A program made the position numbers and the translations under genes. A stretch of 64,000 bases of DNA from Mobula hypostoma. Lineage: Eukaryota. Positions within the stretch are counted from its first letter, which is position 1; each line of letters begins with the position of its first letter. The notes under the pieces are model-generated. The model did no database searches and was not told the DNA's origin. It saw nothing but the letters and a program-made list of their open reading frames with translations. Location of the stretch: NCBI RefSeq assembly GCF_963921235.1, contig NC_086097.1, positions 93,436,001 to 93,500,000 of the forward strand, in the 5' to 3' direction. This document shows positions 50,053 to 63,895 of this stretch, piece by piece.

Positions 50053-50535
50053 GGAACTGTACTGCTCCTGACAACTACACTCATCTTGTAATAAATAAAG
50101 TTGGAGATGTAGGGAAAACGAAATCATGTTTCAGTTCATTGGAACCAGTGTCCAGTAACCAGCAGCTTGGTACTCTATTATGCAGAGTCAACATGAATGC
50201 GGCAGCAGGTATTCCTCCATTAATAACTTGTACATCAGAAAAGAGCACTTCAGTTTGTACAGTAAGCACAAATGCTGGATCCCATTTATTTAAGAGCTTT
50301 GAGACTACAGTTGCAGACGAGTCACAATTCTGTGGAATCCCAGAAGCAATAAGAATTGGAGAAGAGAGTATTGTAACTGCTAGCACAGTTGAAACTCCAG
50401 CAAAAAGTTCTACTCTTGCTGTTATATCTGCAAGTGTTTTAGGAGTGAGAACAACACAAACATTAACAAAATTGATTCTCCCCAGTACTTCTACCTCAAC
50501 AACAACGATTCTGTCAATGGCAAACAACTCTCCAG
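50053..50535 (+). CDS. MGA: MGA-family coding exon, Ser/Thr-rich
   Basis: ctgcttacag acceptor; YTHLVINKVG resembles MGA FTQFVMSKVG, followed by a Thr/Ser-rich tract; donor g|gtaagc. Confidence 0.87.
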
Positions 50536-50739
50536 GTAAGCTCTGATTTGAGCAACATGGATATAAGGTTATGAAATTTGAATCAGAGTTTGTTTAAAAA
50601 TAGGGCTGTATACTGCTGGGTGCATCTAATCAATACAGTGCTGAAAAGGAATGCACCACCTTCCACGGTGATAATTTTTAACTTGTGATGAAAATGCATT
50701 AAAAAAATACTCACATCTTCATTTTTATGGAAGACCTTA

Positions 50740-51400
50740 AGATTCCCTGAAAGTGGCATCGTAGGTAGACAAGCTGGTGAAGGAGGCCTTTGGAATACTG
50801 ACCTTAAGTCAAGGTATTGAGAATAGAAGTTGGGATATTATACTGTAGTTGTAAAAGACAATAATCAGCCCTGTCATGGAATATTGCACTCTGTTTTGGC
50901 CACCTTGCTATAGAAAAGATGCCTTTAAGCTGTAAATAGTGCAGAGGAGATTTATGGGGATGCTGCTGGGACTTCAGGGACTGAGTTATGGAGAGAGGTT
51001 GAGCAGTTGAGACCTTTTTCATTGCAGCATAGGAAAATGAGGGATGATCTTAGAAGTGTATAGAATTATGAGAGGCAAAACGGCTGAAGGCACTCGGGTC
51101 TTTTTCCTCTGCGTTGAGGAACCAAGAACAAATGCTATAAGTTTATGGTGAGAGGTTGAGATTTAATGGGAACGTGAGAGGCAACCTTTTCACCCAGAAA
51201 GTTGTCAGTATATAGAATGAGCTGCCAGCAGAAGTGGTTGTGGCAGATACATCAACAACAATTTAAAGAAACTACCAGGTCAAGAACATGTGGAAGGTTT
51301 GGAGGGATATGGGACAAATGTGGGCAACTGTGACTAGCTTAGGTAAGATTCTTGGTCAGCATGGACCATTTGGGCCAATGGGCCTGTTGCTGCACTAAAT
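50740..51400 (+). mobile_element. CR1 3' fragment
   Basis: gtgcagaggagattt, FTQKVV and gggcctgttgctgcact blocks. Confidence 0.7.
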
Positions 51401-53292
51401 CATGGTTTTATTTATAGTCATACCCCAACTACCTCATTTATCACTCTCTATCATATATCACATTTTAAGTTACATAATGCTGCTTTTAACGCTCTAGTTT
51501 TTTTTACAATGCTTCTGTGATGTGAGACTGGAGAAGATAATTTTTGCAAGATGGACAACTTTCTGTCATTTTCTATTCACTATGCATAGTCTTCACTCAC
51601 TCATTTAAGAAAAATTTTAAACACCTAGAAGTTTAACGTTCATTTCAGTCAACAGATTGAGCAGCCTCTGAAATTATATCTTGTTTATTTATCCTTTCTA
51701 TATATGAACACTATCCTTTTAAAACTGATAGACATGGACTATCATCAGCTTCTTGTATCAAAGTGAACTTTATCTCTGTCCTTATTCTAAATTGTTTACT
51801 ATTCAACTAAAACAGTAGAAGTCTCAGGATGGATTCCCAAAGCACTGTTGTTGTTTAATTTTATAGTATTGTTGCACCTTTATTTGGTGCTTCCTCTCAA
51901 TAACTTCTGTCCATTTCATACTTTTCTTCCTATCCTTCCTATTCTTTATAAATGGAGAACTGTCAAAATATGCTTGTGGGTCATTAATGGAGTTGGTGCC
52001 ACCAATTGCCAGTTCACTAGTTTAAAAAGCCTGAACTGTGAGCATTTATAATCTTTAATACTGTTAGAGATTTAATTCCTGGCATGTTAGATTTGTCACA
52101 AGGAGAGAGGTTAAGCTGTTTAAGCCTATATTGTCTGAGTATAGAACAAGAAGAAACATCTTTCCGAAAGGTACATATTCTTTCAAGTTGTAGAAGAGCT
52201 GCTGCCTTGCAGAGACAGAGACCAGGGTTCAATCCTGACCTTGTGTGCCTTCTACTTTGGGTTTGCCTGTTCATCCTTTGACTGCATGGGTTTCCTCTAG
52301 ATGCTTCAGTTTTCTTTGATATCCGAAAGACAAACAGGTTGATAGTTTAATTGAACAGTGTAAATTACCTCTAGTGTGTTTGGGGGTGGAGTAGATGAGA
52401 ATGTGGGAAGACTACAAACTGGGATCATTATAGGATCAGTATAAAATATTGGTTGACAGTCAGCACAGACTCACTGAGCCAAATGACCTGTTTCCATTCT
52501 GTATTTATGTTAGCGAATGAAGGGGCTTTATTCTCCTTGTGACAGAGAAAAGACAATTTCTCTAGAATTCTCTATGAATATGGGCTCTGGAGGTTCAGTC
52601 ACTGAGCATTTTCAGTAAAGTGATAGATATTCAGAGAAGTGATTTGAGGAAAATGGAATTAGCACAAGAAAGTGACACTGAGACAAAAGTTATTAGTTTA
52701 TTGAAAGTGAATGCCAAGTATCCTATTCATACTTCTGTTTCTCATGTTTTTGTTAGGAAGAAGACTGTGGATGCTGACAGTTAGGTATAATCCTGGAGCA
52801 TTAGTCAGATTATTTATTCATTATTCATTGCTCTTCCATTCATATCCACCATGCTCCCAAACTCCAAATAATGAAATTTAGCCGGGAGCATCATTGGTTT
52901 TTTGACCTCCTCAATATTCCAATGATCTGCAATGAATGTATTTCTCAGGTTGGCACAGGGTGGTGATTTAGATATCTTGCTCCATGTTTGCCAGCAGTCT
53001 TCACTGACAGTTGGCTCTCCTTATGGTGAAGGATTTGGCAACTACTTCTTGCTTTCCAGTTCTTCAGGCATTTCTTTCTGCTCTAAGACTGCCAGGGTAA
53101 TGATTCCTCAGGAGTCATTGACTCCCTGGTACCTTACCCCCAATCCGATTTCCATTTCGCATGCAATCGAGAAGTTTTGTTGTGGAGTTTAATATTCTTC
53201 TTTAGGATTAAAAGATATTATTTTAACCAAGCAGACTAGCAATTAGTGAGTCACAGTACTTGATGCATTTATATTGCATTTTCTTATGACAG

Positions 53293-53589
53293 GGTTATCT
53301 AAACATCCTGAAACATCCAACTCTACCCCTGATTTGCCTAAAGCTACAAAAACTGAAGGATCGCAGCTCATTTCGTTACCAGTGCAGTCTGGCCTTCCTG
53401 TCCGGCCTGTCCAGAACCTGCAGCTCACACCTGGGCAGAAGGTGATACTGCAGCCCCTCAGATATCCAGTTGGGAAACTCTTCCAACACCCAAATGGCCA
53501 GATTATCCAACTTGTACCTTTGGCAAATTCTGGTACAGTAAGTCAACCAAATCTCCACCAAATGATCACACTTGCTGTACGGAATCCAG
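53293..53589 (+). CDS. MGA: MGA-family coding exon
   Basis: atgacag acceptor; ILQPLRYPVGKLFQHPNGQIIQLVPL...RNPG resembles MGA VLQPVRSPSGMNLFRHPNGQIVQLLPL...RNPG; donor g|gtgagt. Confidence 0.93.
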
Positions 53590-56397
53590 GTGAGTTCTGC
53601 CTTTGAATCTCACAAAAGATTTTCAGAAAATTATTGGCTTTGTTCATCTTTTTCCCCCATTATTCATGTATTTTGGGGTTTTTTTGAGTGAGCAAAATCT
53701 TGAAGTAATAGGAGAAGAATGCAAACTCCCATCACTTCATAAACCTGGTAATTAAATATGTACTCAGATTAAACTGTAAATTTGAGGAGAATTTTGTTAT
53801 CAAATTTGACTGTATTTTAAACATTTAACTTGCTTATTGATACTTGCTTTAATATTCTGATCAATGTTGCTAATTTTGATCACACCTTTCCGTTAAGAGA
53901 AATGACTTAGTTTGATAGATTCTTGAAGAAGCCATGTGCTGATCATTCAGATAAAAGTATCACTATGCTGAGGATGTGTGTGGCCTAGGAGTTTCATGAT
54001 CCCCTCAAAAGATTTTTTTTTCTCTGCTTCTCACTGTGATCGTAGATAATCTTCATGCTAACTTTCACTTTCCGACCTATGGTTTTATTCAACACTCAGT
54101 CCTTAGTGAGAGTTCTAAACATTTACAGTCCTCTGTATTAAGGAGCTTCCCCTTTCCTCACTGTCTAATGCCCCACCTAAGATCGTTCTCCCTGTTTCTT
54201 GATTCTCCAGCTGACGAAGATTTTCAAATGCATGATGAAATTCTTATCAGAGATGAGGTTTGAAGGTAGTTTTTTTTTATTCCCTTTAACTAAGCAAGGG
54301 GATTTGACCTGGATACTGTATGCATCATGGTACTAGTTGCATATTGCAGTTACTGAAATTAGGCACCTCAGCAGAGAATTGAGTTCAAGCTTAGTAACTT
54401 AGTCCCTAGGTTATCATACTCCCTCATTAGTACCAATGTTTGTTTCTACTTTGGTCATGGCAATTGAATCCTTTACCTTGTGCTCAAATGATATTTTCCA
54501 GTTTGGAACCATGCATGAAAAAGCAGTTTAACCTGGATGCAGAAAGCAGCAGGTATTTTTATGCCAGACAGACATGTATTAGGTCCTTCCTGTATTCCCT
54601 CATTGAATGCAGTGGACATTGCTTGTCCACTGAGATGCATTTTAAGCAATCCAATCCATTACTTGTGCTTCATTCCATCATAGTTTCCTTTGTCTTGATT
54701 TGGGACCCTAGTTTCGGATTGAATTTGCCTCATTTCTTATTAAAAATTGCTATCTCTTATTGTCATTCTTCCTTAATGGCTCCCTTAGTACAAGGTTCTG
54801 CAACAAGGAAAGGTTCATTAATAGTCTGCATTGGATAGTCTGTTCCCAGATTGGCTGCTCAACATACAGGTCCAAAATAACATCATGTGCACACCTCAAG
54901 AATTGAGTTTTATTGCGGATACTCTTCCCCTGCTACTGCCTGGAGGCCGGTAGACAACTATGTTCCAGACTGATTGCACATCTTCATTTTCTGAACTAAA
55001 ATCCTTTCCCCTATTATACTGGCTTGATAATTCACTACAAAGCCATTCCATCTCTTTTTCATTTTACCTGTCCTTCCTAATTATCAAATACCCTGAGTAC
55101 TTAACTCTCATCTTTGGTTACTCTGCAGCCAGGTCTTTATAATGGCAATAACATTGTGTACATTTATATTTAATTGTGTTGTTAATTTGTCCACTTTGTT
55201 ACAAATACTTTGCATACTTAAATGCAGCACTCTTATTCTCCTAGCATTCTAATTTTGGGCTTGGAACTTAGTTGCATTGTCATGCGTTCTTATTGAGCCC
55301 TATTTGTTAATGCTGTCCTTTTCCTTCCTTACACAATCTGTTTACTCTTATTTCATATTTTTTTTGGATCTGCTTCCTTTTGATAATCTCTGGCATTCTA
55401 GATTTCCCTCCACTGGGAAGCCCTTGCCCCTGTGTCCAACATCCTTACATAAAGTCCAATCTGACTCCCTTGATTTAGTTACTTGATTTGCCAGAACTCT
55501 GCTCCCAGCATATTTCAGGCATAGTCTGCCACAGCAGAATACTCTCTCCTTTCTTAATGCTGGTGCCAGCATTTCTCAAATGGAAACTTGCCTCTACTAC
55601 GCCAATCCCTGATCTACATTCATTTCCCTGATCCTATAATTAACCCTAACCTTGGTCAATTTACATATCTCTCAGATAATAATCCAGAAGTTAGAGCCTC
55701 TGTTTTTCCTTTTATTTTAGCCCCTAATTGTTTGAACTCTTATCAGTAGTTGATTTTTTTAATCCTACCTATGTAATTGGTAACATCATTGATCATGACA
55801 GTTGGATTCTCCCTCTCTTTTCCTTGGCCCTCGTAAGCAACTAAGTCTTAGCACCTGGTAGACAACTAAACCTTTGGATCCCTCCCTCCTCCATTGGCCC
55901 TGCTAGACAACTAAACCTACTAACCCCTAATTAAACAGCCATCCACTGCATCTGCATTGCTTTTAACTCCTAACATGAATGGCTTCCACTGTCACAATGC
56001 TGATGTCAGTTTGCTTGTCCCTCTTGCAGTATCCACACACACTGTATAAGGTTCAGACTTGTGCAAATGCAGGTACTAAGGTCTTGGAATGTTAACTCTT
56101 AGATCCCCATGACTTCCTTACTTGCCCAAGACTATGTATTGATTCCAAAGCCTTTAATCTAAGGGGTGTGATGCTCCTTGAAGCAAGTGGGGCATGCAAA
56201 TTTTTCTCCCTTCCTCATTCTTTGGCTTTGTGCAACTTGGATGCCAGTTCCTCAACACAGTGCCAAATTTCCTGAGCCACATACACAAATTGTCAATGTA
56301 GCCACCTTGGACAAAAGTGTTCACAAAGTCCCACATGTTGCAGCAGCAACACATGGCTTGTTCTCCCATGTTGCATTAATTTAATGATTAGTTTAGT

Positions 56398-57020
56398 GAT
56401 TTTCTGTAGATGTGTGATGGAGAGTATGTTGACTGGCTGCATCACAGCCTGCTATGGAAACACCAATGCTCCTGAAAGGAAAGTCCTACAAAAAGTAGTG
56501 GATACGGCCCAATCCATCATGGGTAAAGTCCTCCCACCACTGAGCACATCTACATGGAGCGTTATCACTGAAAAGCAGCAGCCATCATCAGAGACCCCTA
56601 CCACCCAGGTCATGCTCTCTTGCTGCTGCCATCAGGAAGAAGATGCAGGCGCCTCAGGACTCAGACCACCAGGTTCAGGAACAATTATTACCCCTCAACC
56701 ATCAGGATCTTGAACCTGAGGGAATAACTTCACTTGCCCTATCACTGAAATGTTCCCACAGCCTATGGACTCACTTCAAAGGTCTCTTCATCTCATGTTC
56801 TCAATATTTATTCTTACTGTTTCTTTTTGTATTTGCACAATTTGTTGTCTTTTGCATACTGGTTGAATGCCCCAGTTGGTGCAGTACTTCATTGATTCTA
56901 TCATAGTTGTTGTTCTTTTATGGATTTATTGAGCATACCCACAAGAAAATGAATCTCAGGGTTGTATATGGTGACGTATATGTACTTCGATAATAAATTT
57001 ACTTTGAACTTTGAACTTTG
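56398..57020 (+). mobile_element. Rex-like LINE 3' fragment
   Basis: RCVMESMLTGCITACYG (ORF 56384..56713); aataaa plus (tttgaac)n tail. Confidence 0.85.
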
Positions 57021-57779
57021 GAGTTTGATCTTAATTTAATTAGTTTTGTTATTTTAATTATATATGCCATAGTTTATTCAATTGAATTTATTTTTTAAAC
57101 ATTTAAGTACTCTTCATTAACTAAAATTTAGCTCACATTTGAGACCAATCGTTTGTCTTCCTTGTCTGTGACATCACACATCAGATTCCTTGCTTTCCAA
57201 GACTGCCCTCCCAGCCTTCTGCATTTCATTCACAAATGTGTGCCTCTGCCTACAAACTCTCATTCTCCATTCACCAGGTCTGTATCTCCCCACACCAGAT
57301 TCCTGTTCTCCACTCATTGGAACTGTCACTTTAATTCACCATACTCTCGACTTCATTCATGGGGCACGTGTGTTTATCCTTTTCCATTCCGGCTCTCGAC
57401 TTGCATGGGTGTGCCTCTCCACACTCCCTCATGCCACCTCCTCACCACCCATCAGTATGTCTCTCCTCTTTCTTCTGGGACCTCAATCCAGTCTCACGAG
57501 CTCTCTGTCCCTCCTCGCTTCCAGACTTCCATTTTGAACTTGCTGATCCCATAGAAGTAACAAGCAAGCACCATGTGATTCCCATACCTGCTTGATACAG
57601 GGGCTGCTCAGAGCCACAGCAGAAAATGCTGCTGCCTCATTGGTTTGGTGACTTGGGTTCAGTTCTGACCTCTGCTGCTATTTGTATGGTGTCACATTTT
57701 CTCCATGTGGACATACTGGATCACCTTGGTTGCTTCGGTTTCTTCCCACATCCCAAAGATGTGGTCAAAATTGTTTACT

Positions 57780-58690
57780 GTCATTTCCAGTACACAAGTG
57801 TTAAGGAAAATGAAATAATTGTTACTCTGGATCTGATAAAGTACAAAAAAAAAGATAAAGAATGCAATAATTTAAAAACACACTAAATATAAATACTATG
57901 AATCTGTGTATATAAGTTTTCTCATATACGTCCATAAAGTGATGCTAGCCACAGGAGCGTCTGTACAGAAGGAGAGTCTGACAGAAAATGATAGAGGTGA
58001 TATGGGATGTGGTGGGTGGCTTAGTGGGTGAAGGAGTTGATTGGCCTTACTGCTTAGGGAAAGTAACTGTTTTGAGTCTGGTGGTCCTGGTGTGGATGCT
58101 ATGTAGCCTCCTACTTTATAGAGTGGGGCAAGCAGTCCATGAGCAGAGTGGGTTGGATCTTTCCTGATATTTCTGGCGTTTTTCCGGCATCTTTCTGTAT
58201 TTATGTCCTTGATGGTAAGTAGACTGGTGCTGGTGATGTGTTGGGCAGATTTGACTAAATGTTCCCACAACCTATGGACTCACTTCCAAGGACTCTTCAT
58301 CTCATTTTCCTCCTCCTTGTCTGCCACAATGCAGCTTCCGTACCATACAATGATAATGCATGTTAGGATACTCTCTACTTCACAGCTGTGGAAAGTTGTG
58401 GGTAATGATGTTCATTATCTAGCTCTCTTCAGCCTCCTCAGAAAAAGAGGCATTGGTGAGGTTTCTTGATTGTGTAGTAAGTGTTCTGGGACCATGAGAG
58501 GTTCTACAAGATGTGCACACCCAGGAGTTTGAAGCTGCTACAGTTTCCATTGTTTTGTTGCTGATGTAAAGAAGGGTATGAGTGGTGTGAGTTCTCATGA
58601 AGTTGATATCCATATCCTTTGACTTGTTGACAATGAGGAAGAGGCAATTTGCCTGGCACCAGGTCTCGAGCTCTTCCACCTCTCTAGGCC
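57780..58690 (-). mobile_element. Rex-like LINE 3' fragment inserted in a SINE
   Basis: ORFs 57896..58270 (KDPTHSAHGLL) and 58419..58679 (WCQANCLFLIVNKSK). Confidence 0.75.
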
Positions 58691-58721
58691 ATAGACTTTC
58701 GGTAGACTCATTGCTAGGTTA

Positions 58722-58900
58722 ACACAAAACAAAGTGCTGGAAATACTCAGCATATCAGGCAGCATCTATGGAAAGAAACATCTAAAATTTCAGATCTTAG
58801 ACCTTTTGTCAGAATTTTTTTAAAGAAGGAAGCTGAAACTTAATTATTTTTCTCTTTGGCTAGATGCTATCTGACATGGGTGTTTCCAGCATTTTCAGAT
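58722..58900. mobile_element. Old Penelope pLTR fold-back remnant
   Basis: tgctggaaatactcag...gcagcatct and its decayed reverse complement agatgctatctgac...tttccagca. Confidence 0.5.
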
Positions 58901-59689
58901 CCCGTCTTAAATCAATTATAGTTTTCATCTGATTTTTCACTAACTGGTTGCTGGGTTATTTGTCTACTATAACTGCCCTTGGGTTAGGTGTGAGATTGGA
59001 GAAACTGGATGGAACTGATGGCCTTGTGAAAGGATATAGATTACAGGAAAATAGACGGGAATAAAATCTTTGAGGGCTGCCATAAACTCAATACCATGAG
59101 AAAGTACAAAAAAAATCCAAATTACAGACTGTTGGAATGTAATTCAAAGGGGAGAAAGATGAAAAGGATTGCAGTGACACAGTAGGTTTTGTTGCCGCTA
59201 GCTCCATTGGCTTAGGCTCAATCCTGACTTTCAGATTTTATGTGTTCTTGTAAGCACAAGGATTTTGCCTGAATGTTATCAGTTTGCTCCTTCATCCAAG
59301 GTTGTGCTAGCGACTGTAAATTACCCCTATTGTAGATGAGTGATAGGAGAATTGACAGGCACGTGAGAGGGAATAGTTGTTAAGAAATAAGTGGAGAATG
59401 GAATTGATGGTATTTCTTTGTGAGGTGGGCCAAATGTTGTAAGAAAATATGGATTATCCTTTCCCTAAGTACTGACCAAACAAACTCCTTCCTCAAATAA
59501 AGATTTGTCTATCTAGAGAATGGTACCCAAATTATTTTTCCCACCTGGTTCAGTGATCTAAACCATGTTTATTGAGGTATAGACACCTATTGTAGCTACA
59601 GTTACTGGTAATTTGACTACTATTCACCAACCACAATTTGTACATATGATGCACCATCTCCCTCACCATCATATTCTTTACAGATTTTC

Positions 59690-62600
59690 TTAACATCAGA
59701 GAACATGAACAGGCCCTTGGGCACACAATAAATATTATCTAGGGAGTTCTTTAGAATCCTGACAGTAGTTTAGATACCATCAGCAGCCGACTATAATCAA
59801 GTGTTTGAGATACTGCTTGATGCCATCTCCAGACATGAAACAGTCCATCCTGATGCATTTCAAGTCTTAGTTGGTGACTTCAACCAGGATGTTTGAAGAA
59901 ATCCTGCCCAATTACCATCAGCACATAACCTGTAGCACCACACGAAACCACTGAAAGTGTGATCACTTGGCTGTCATTCACATACAGGCACATAGGCAGG
60001 GGCAAAGCTCCAGAGATTAGGGCAACAAAAGGGTGGTCACAGGAGGAAGAGGAGCGACTATAGGGTTGTTAAGAATCAGTGGACTGGGCCATGTTCAAGG
60101 ACTCCTCTATGGATCTGAATGAGTGTACCATGGTCGTCACAGATTTTATTAAAATAGTTGTAGGTGAGATAAATAATTCAGTGTCTTTCCCAACCAGAAA
60201 CCTTGAATGAACTTTGAGATCTGCAATCTGCTGAGGGTCAGGTCAGAGGCATTCAAGTCCAGTGACCAAAAAAGTTATGAGGTCTAGGTGTGATCTAAAG
60301 AAACCATCTCACAGGCAATGTAGCAATTCCAGACTAAACTTGAATCAACGAAGGATGCTTGACAGTTGTGTCAGGGCTTGAATGCTATCACCTCTCAAAG
60401 TAAAATCAAGCAACATAGGCAACAAGCGGGCTTCACTTTCAGTTGAACTTAATGCCTTCTATGTTCACTTTGACCGTCAAAATATAGAGGAACCATCACA
60501 AGCTTCCACATCCCCCGATGAACCTATGATTTCAGTCTCTGAAGCCTATGTGCAGGAGGGTGATCCCACACAAAGCATCTGGCCCAGATGGGGTACCTGG
60601 CCAAGTTAAAGACCTGTGCTAATCAACGGGCTGGAGTGTTCACTGAGGTCTTTATCCTCTTGCTTCAGCAGTCTAAAGTACTCATTTGCCTAAAAGCAAC
60701 CTGCCTCAATGACTGTTGTTCAGCAACACTTGCATCCACAGTAATAAAGTGTTTTGGAGGTTGGTGATGAAGCATATCAACTCTTGCCTGAGAACCGACT
60801 TGGATCTGCTCCAATTTGCAACTGGAGCAATAGGTCCATAGTAGATGACATCTCATTGGCTCATCATTGAACCCTGAAACATCTGGATAGCAAAGATGCA
60901 TACATCAAGATGTACTTTATCGACTACAATTTGACTTTCAGTGCTATCATTCCCTCAAAACTAATCAATAAACTTCAAGACCTTGGCCTCAATACCTCCT
61001 TGTGCAATTGGATCCTCTATTTCCTTACTTGCAGACCCCAGTCAGTTCAGATTGGCAACAAGATCTCCACCACAATCTTCATCAGTACAGGAGCACCATA
61101 AGACTTTAAACTTATGAATTTGTGGCTAAGCACAGTTCCAATGCTATATTCAAGTTTGTTGATGACATCATTGACGACCGAATCAAGGGTGGTGACGAAT
61201 CTGCATATAGGAGAGAGATTGAAGATCCGGTTGAGTGGTGCTGCAACGACAATCGCTTATGCTATGTTAGCAGGAGCAAGGAGCTGATTATTAACTTCAG
61301 GAGGAGGAATCCAGAGTTCCTTGAGACAGTCCCCACCAGAGGACCAGAGCTGGAGAGAGCAACTTTAAATTGCTCAGTGTTAGCATTTCAACAGATCTGT
61401 CCTGGGCCCAGCATGTAAGTGCAATTCCGAAGAAAGCACAGCATCACCTCTACTTTCTTAGGAGTCTGAGAAGATTGAGCATGACATCTAAAACTTCGAT
61501 AAACTTTTACAGATGTGTGGTAGAGAGTATATTGACAGATTGCATCACAGTCTGGCATGGAAACACCTATGCGCCAGCAAACAGTAGTAGATACGGCCTA
61601 GTCCATCACGGTTAAAGCCCTCCCCACGGCTGAGCACATCCACATGAAGCGTTATCACAGGAAAGTACCATCCACCGTCAGGGACCCCCACTACCCAAGC
61701 CATGCTGTCTTCTCGCTGCTGCCGCCAGGAAACCTCATGAGTCATACCACCAGGTTCAGGAACAGTTATTTTCCCTCAACCATCAGGCTCTTGAACCAAA
61801 GGCGATAATTTCACTCACCTCAACAGTGAACTGGTTCCACAATCTATGGACTCACTTTCAAGGACACTTCATTTTATGTTCTCAATATTTATTGCTTATT
61901 TATTCATTATTCTATGTTGATCTGCTATTTGTTGTGCAGTTACTTGCATGAAGGGGTATTGCACTATAAACTGTTAATGAAGTTTGTCCCTGTATACTGT
62001 CATGTCGGTCTCAAGTTCAGTTACTTGATAATACACACGCATTATGAATGTGCTTGCTTCTAATGACCATTTTATGTTTGTCTTAATGACTGGAGTGCTC
62101 TCAGTTGTAAGTGGACTGCTCCCCCTTGCAACAGTCACAGCCTGTGATGTTGGCAGGCTACTTTGAATGTTGCCTGTATCCTTTTCAGGTTTCCTGGTGC
62201 CCGTCCGCCTATTCAGCAGTGTACCACGCACAATTCACTTACTCTCATGTTCAGTGTTAGCTCCAGCTGTGCCCTGGCGATCCCCTGACAGTTACTTTAT
62301 CACTCTATTCCATCGACATCACTCCTTTTCTAAAGCAAAAGGATATTGCTTATTATACCTACAGGCAGGTTTTGGTTTCAGCCACCCCTACAGTGGAGAA
62401 CAGATGCTGACCAGAGCACTTCCCAATCTGGGTCCAGACATACCTGGATTTGTTTCTGGGTGCAGTTGATTTTACACCAATGGATGTCCTCTCCCCGCAC
62501 TTTAAGGCCCAGCATCCCAGACCTGTCACACAGATCTCAAGACGGAGTTCTGGCTCCTCACCTGTCCTCCTTGTTCATGCAGCTGAGCGGCTCTTCGTCT

Positions 62601-63200
62601 GAAGAGTTCTCCAGACTCTGCCTCCTGTTTCCAGAAGTTGGTGCTGCTACCTCATCCCATTTGTGCTGCTGCTGCTGTTGTTGCTTTTGCTACTGGCCAC
62701 CTCTGGTTTCAGTCCTTGGCTAGTGCACCGTCCTTTTTTTTATTATTATTATGATTACTATTTATTTTCTCAGCTTAAGCTGGTAAAGCCTGAGGTGCGG
62801 CATAGCCAAGGACACTCATTTCTCAATTGCTAGGAAGTTTCAGACTATTCTAGTGGTGTTTAGTATTGTGGCTTTCTGAAGGTTTACATAGGTATTACTG
62901 TGTAGCGCCAATTGTTGAATGCTATTGTGTAGTGCATTTGGGATGACAATATTACTATCAGAATAATTATACCTTGTTCATGTTCCAAAGTCTTTCAATT
63001 TCCTCTTTTAAATAAATAGTAATTTAATTATTACTATTAATATTATTATTATTATTTCTTTTTATTTTTGTTCTTGCACACTGGTTGAATGCCCAACGTG
63101 GTACAGTCTTTCATTGATTCTATTATGCTTATTATTCCATTATGGATTTATTGAGTATGCCCACAAGAAAATAAATCTCAGGGTTGTATATGTAATAATA
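59690..63200 (+). mobile_element. Long decayed Rex1/Babar-like LINE; 3' UTR split by an insertion at ~61912-63030
   Basis: [34 protein letters not shown] and YRCVVESILT motifs; the 3' UTR matches 56750-56970 and resumes at ~63050. Confidence 0.85.
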
Positions 63201-63204
63201 TGGG

Positions 63205-63550
63205 ACCAGCTCTTTGGTACGCAATGTTGTGCCGAACCAAATAAATTAGTAATCAAAGAGCCAACTAAACTAATCCCTTATGCCTACACATCTCCATATC
63301 CCTCCATGTTCCTCACATTCATGTGCTTATCTAAATGTCTCTTAAAATTAAAAGTCCCTAATGTATCTGCCTTTTCCACCACCCCAGGCACTCTCCACTC
63401 TTTAAAAAAATAAATTGCCTCTCACATCTCCTTTGACATTACCCCCTCTCTTCTTAAATGAATGTCCTCTGGTATTAGACATTTCAACCCTGGGATGATG
63501 ATACTGTCTGTCTACTCTTACCTATTCCTCTCCTAATCTTGTACACCATT
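63205..63550 (-). mobile_element. CR1 3' fragment
   Basis: ccatatccctccatg and tccaccaccccaggca blocks, like 5100-5300. Confidence 0.65.
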
Positions 63551-63895
63551 AGGTATTTTATATAGACTCTTAATTAATAAATTTAATATTACATTTTATT
63601 GGCTTTTAATTCAAGTTATTAACTCATAAGAAATCAAAGCTAAACCTTTCTTGTCAACTAGTGTACATTCCATTCCAAAAAAGCCTCTCCTTTCTCTTGG
63701 GTCTCCACTGATGCTCCTTTCACATCTAATCATTTGTTCTATTCTCACTGTTGAGCATCTGGGTCTGTGACAAAGATAGATGCAGATAACTATACAGAAG
63801 CAGATAACTGCACAAGCATGATATGTAACTTCCTCACTTACAATCTGAGATATGATTTATTTCATATTTTCTCTTTTCTATTTTCATACTCCTAG

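Noticed and set aside
62189..62469. Additional MGA exon after the cttttcag acceptor
   Set aside because: RNP-G at 53589 joins directly to SVSGICLP at 63896 as in MGA; no MGA similarity, and it lies inside an insertion
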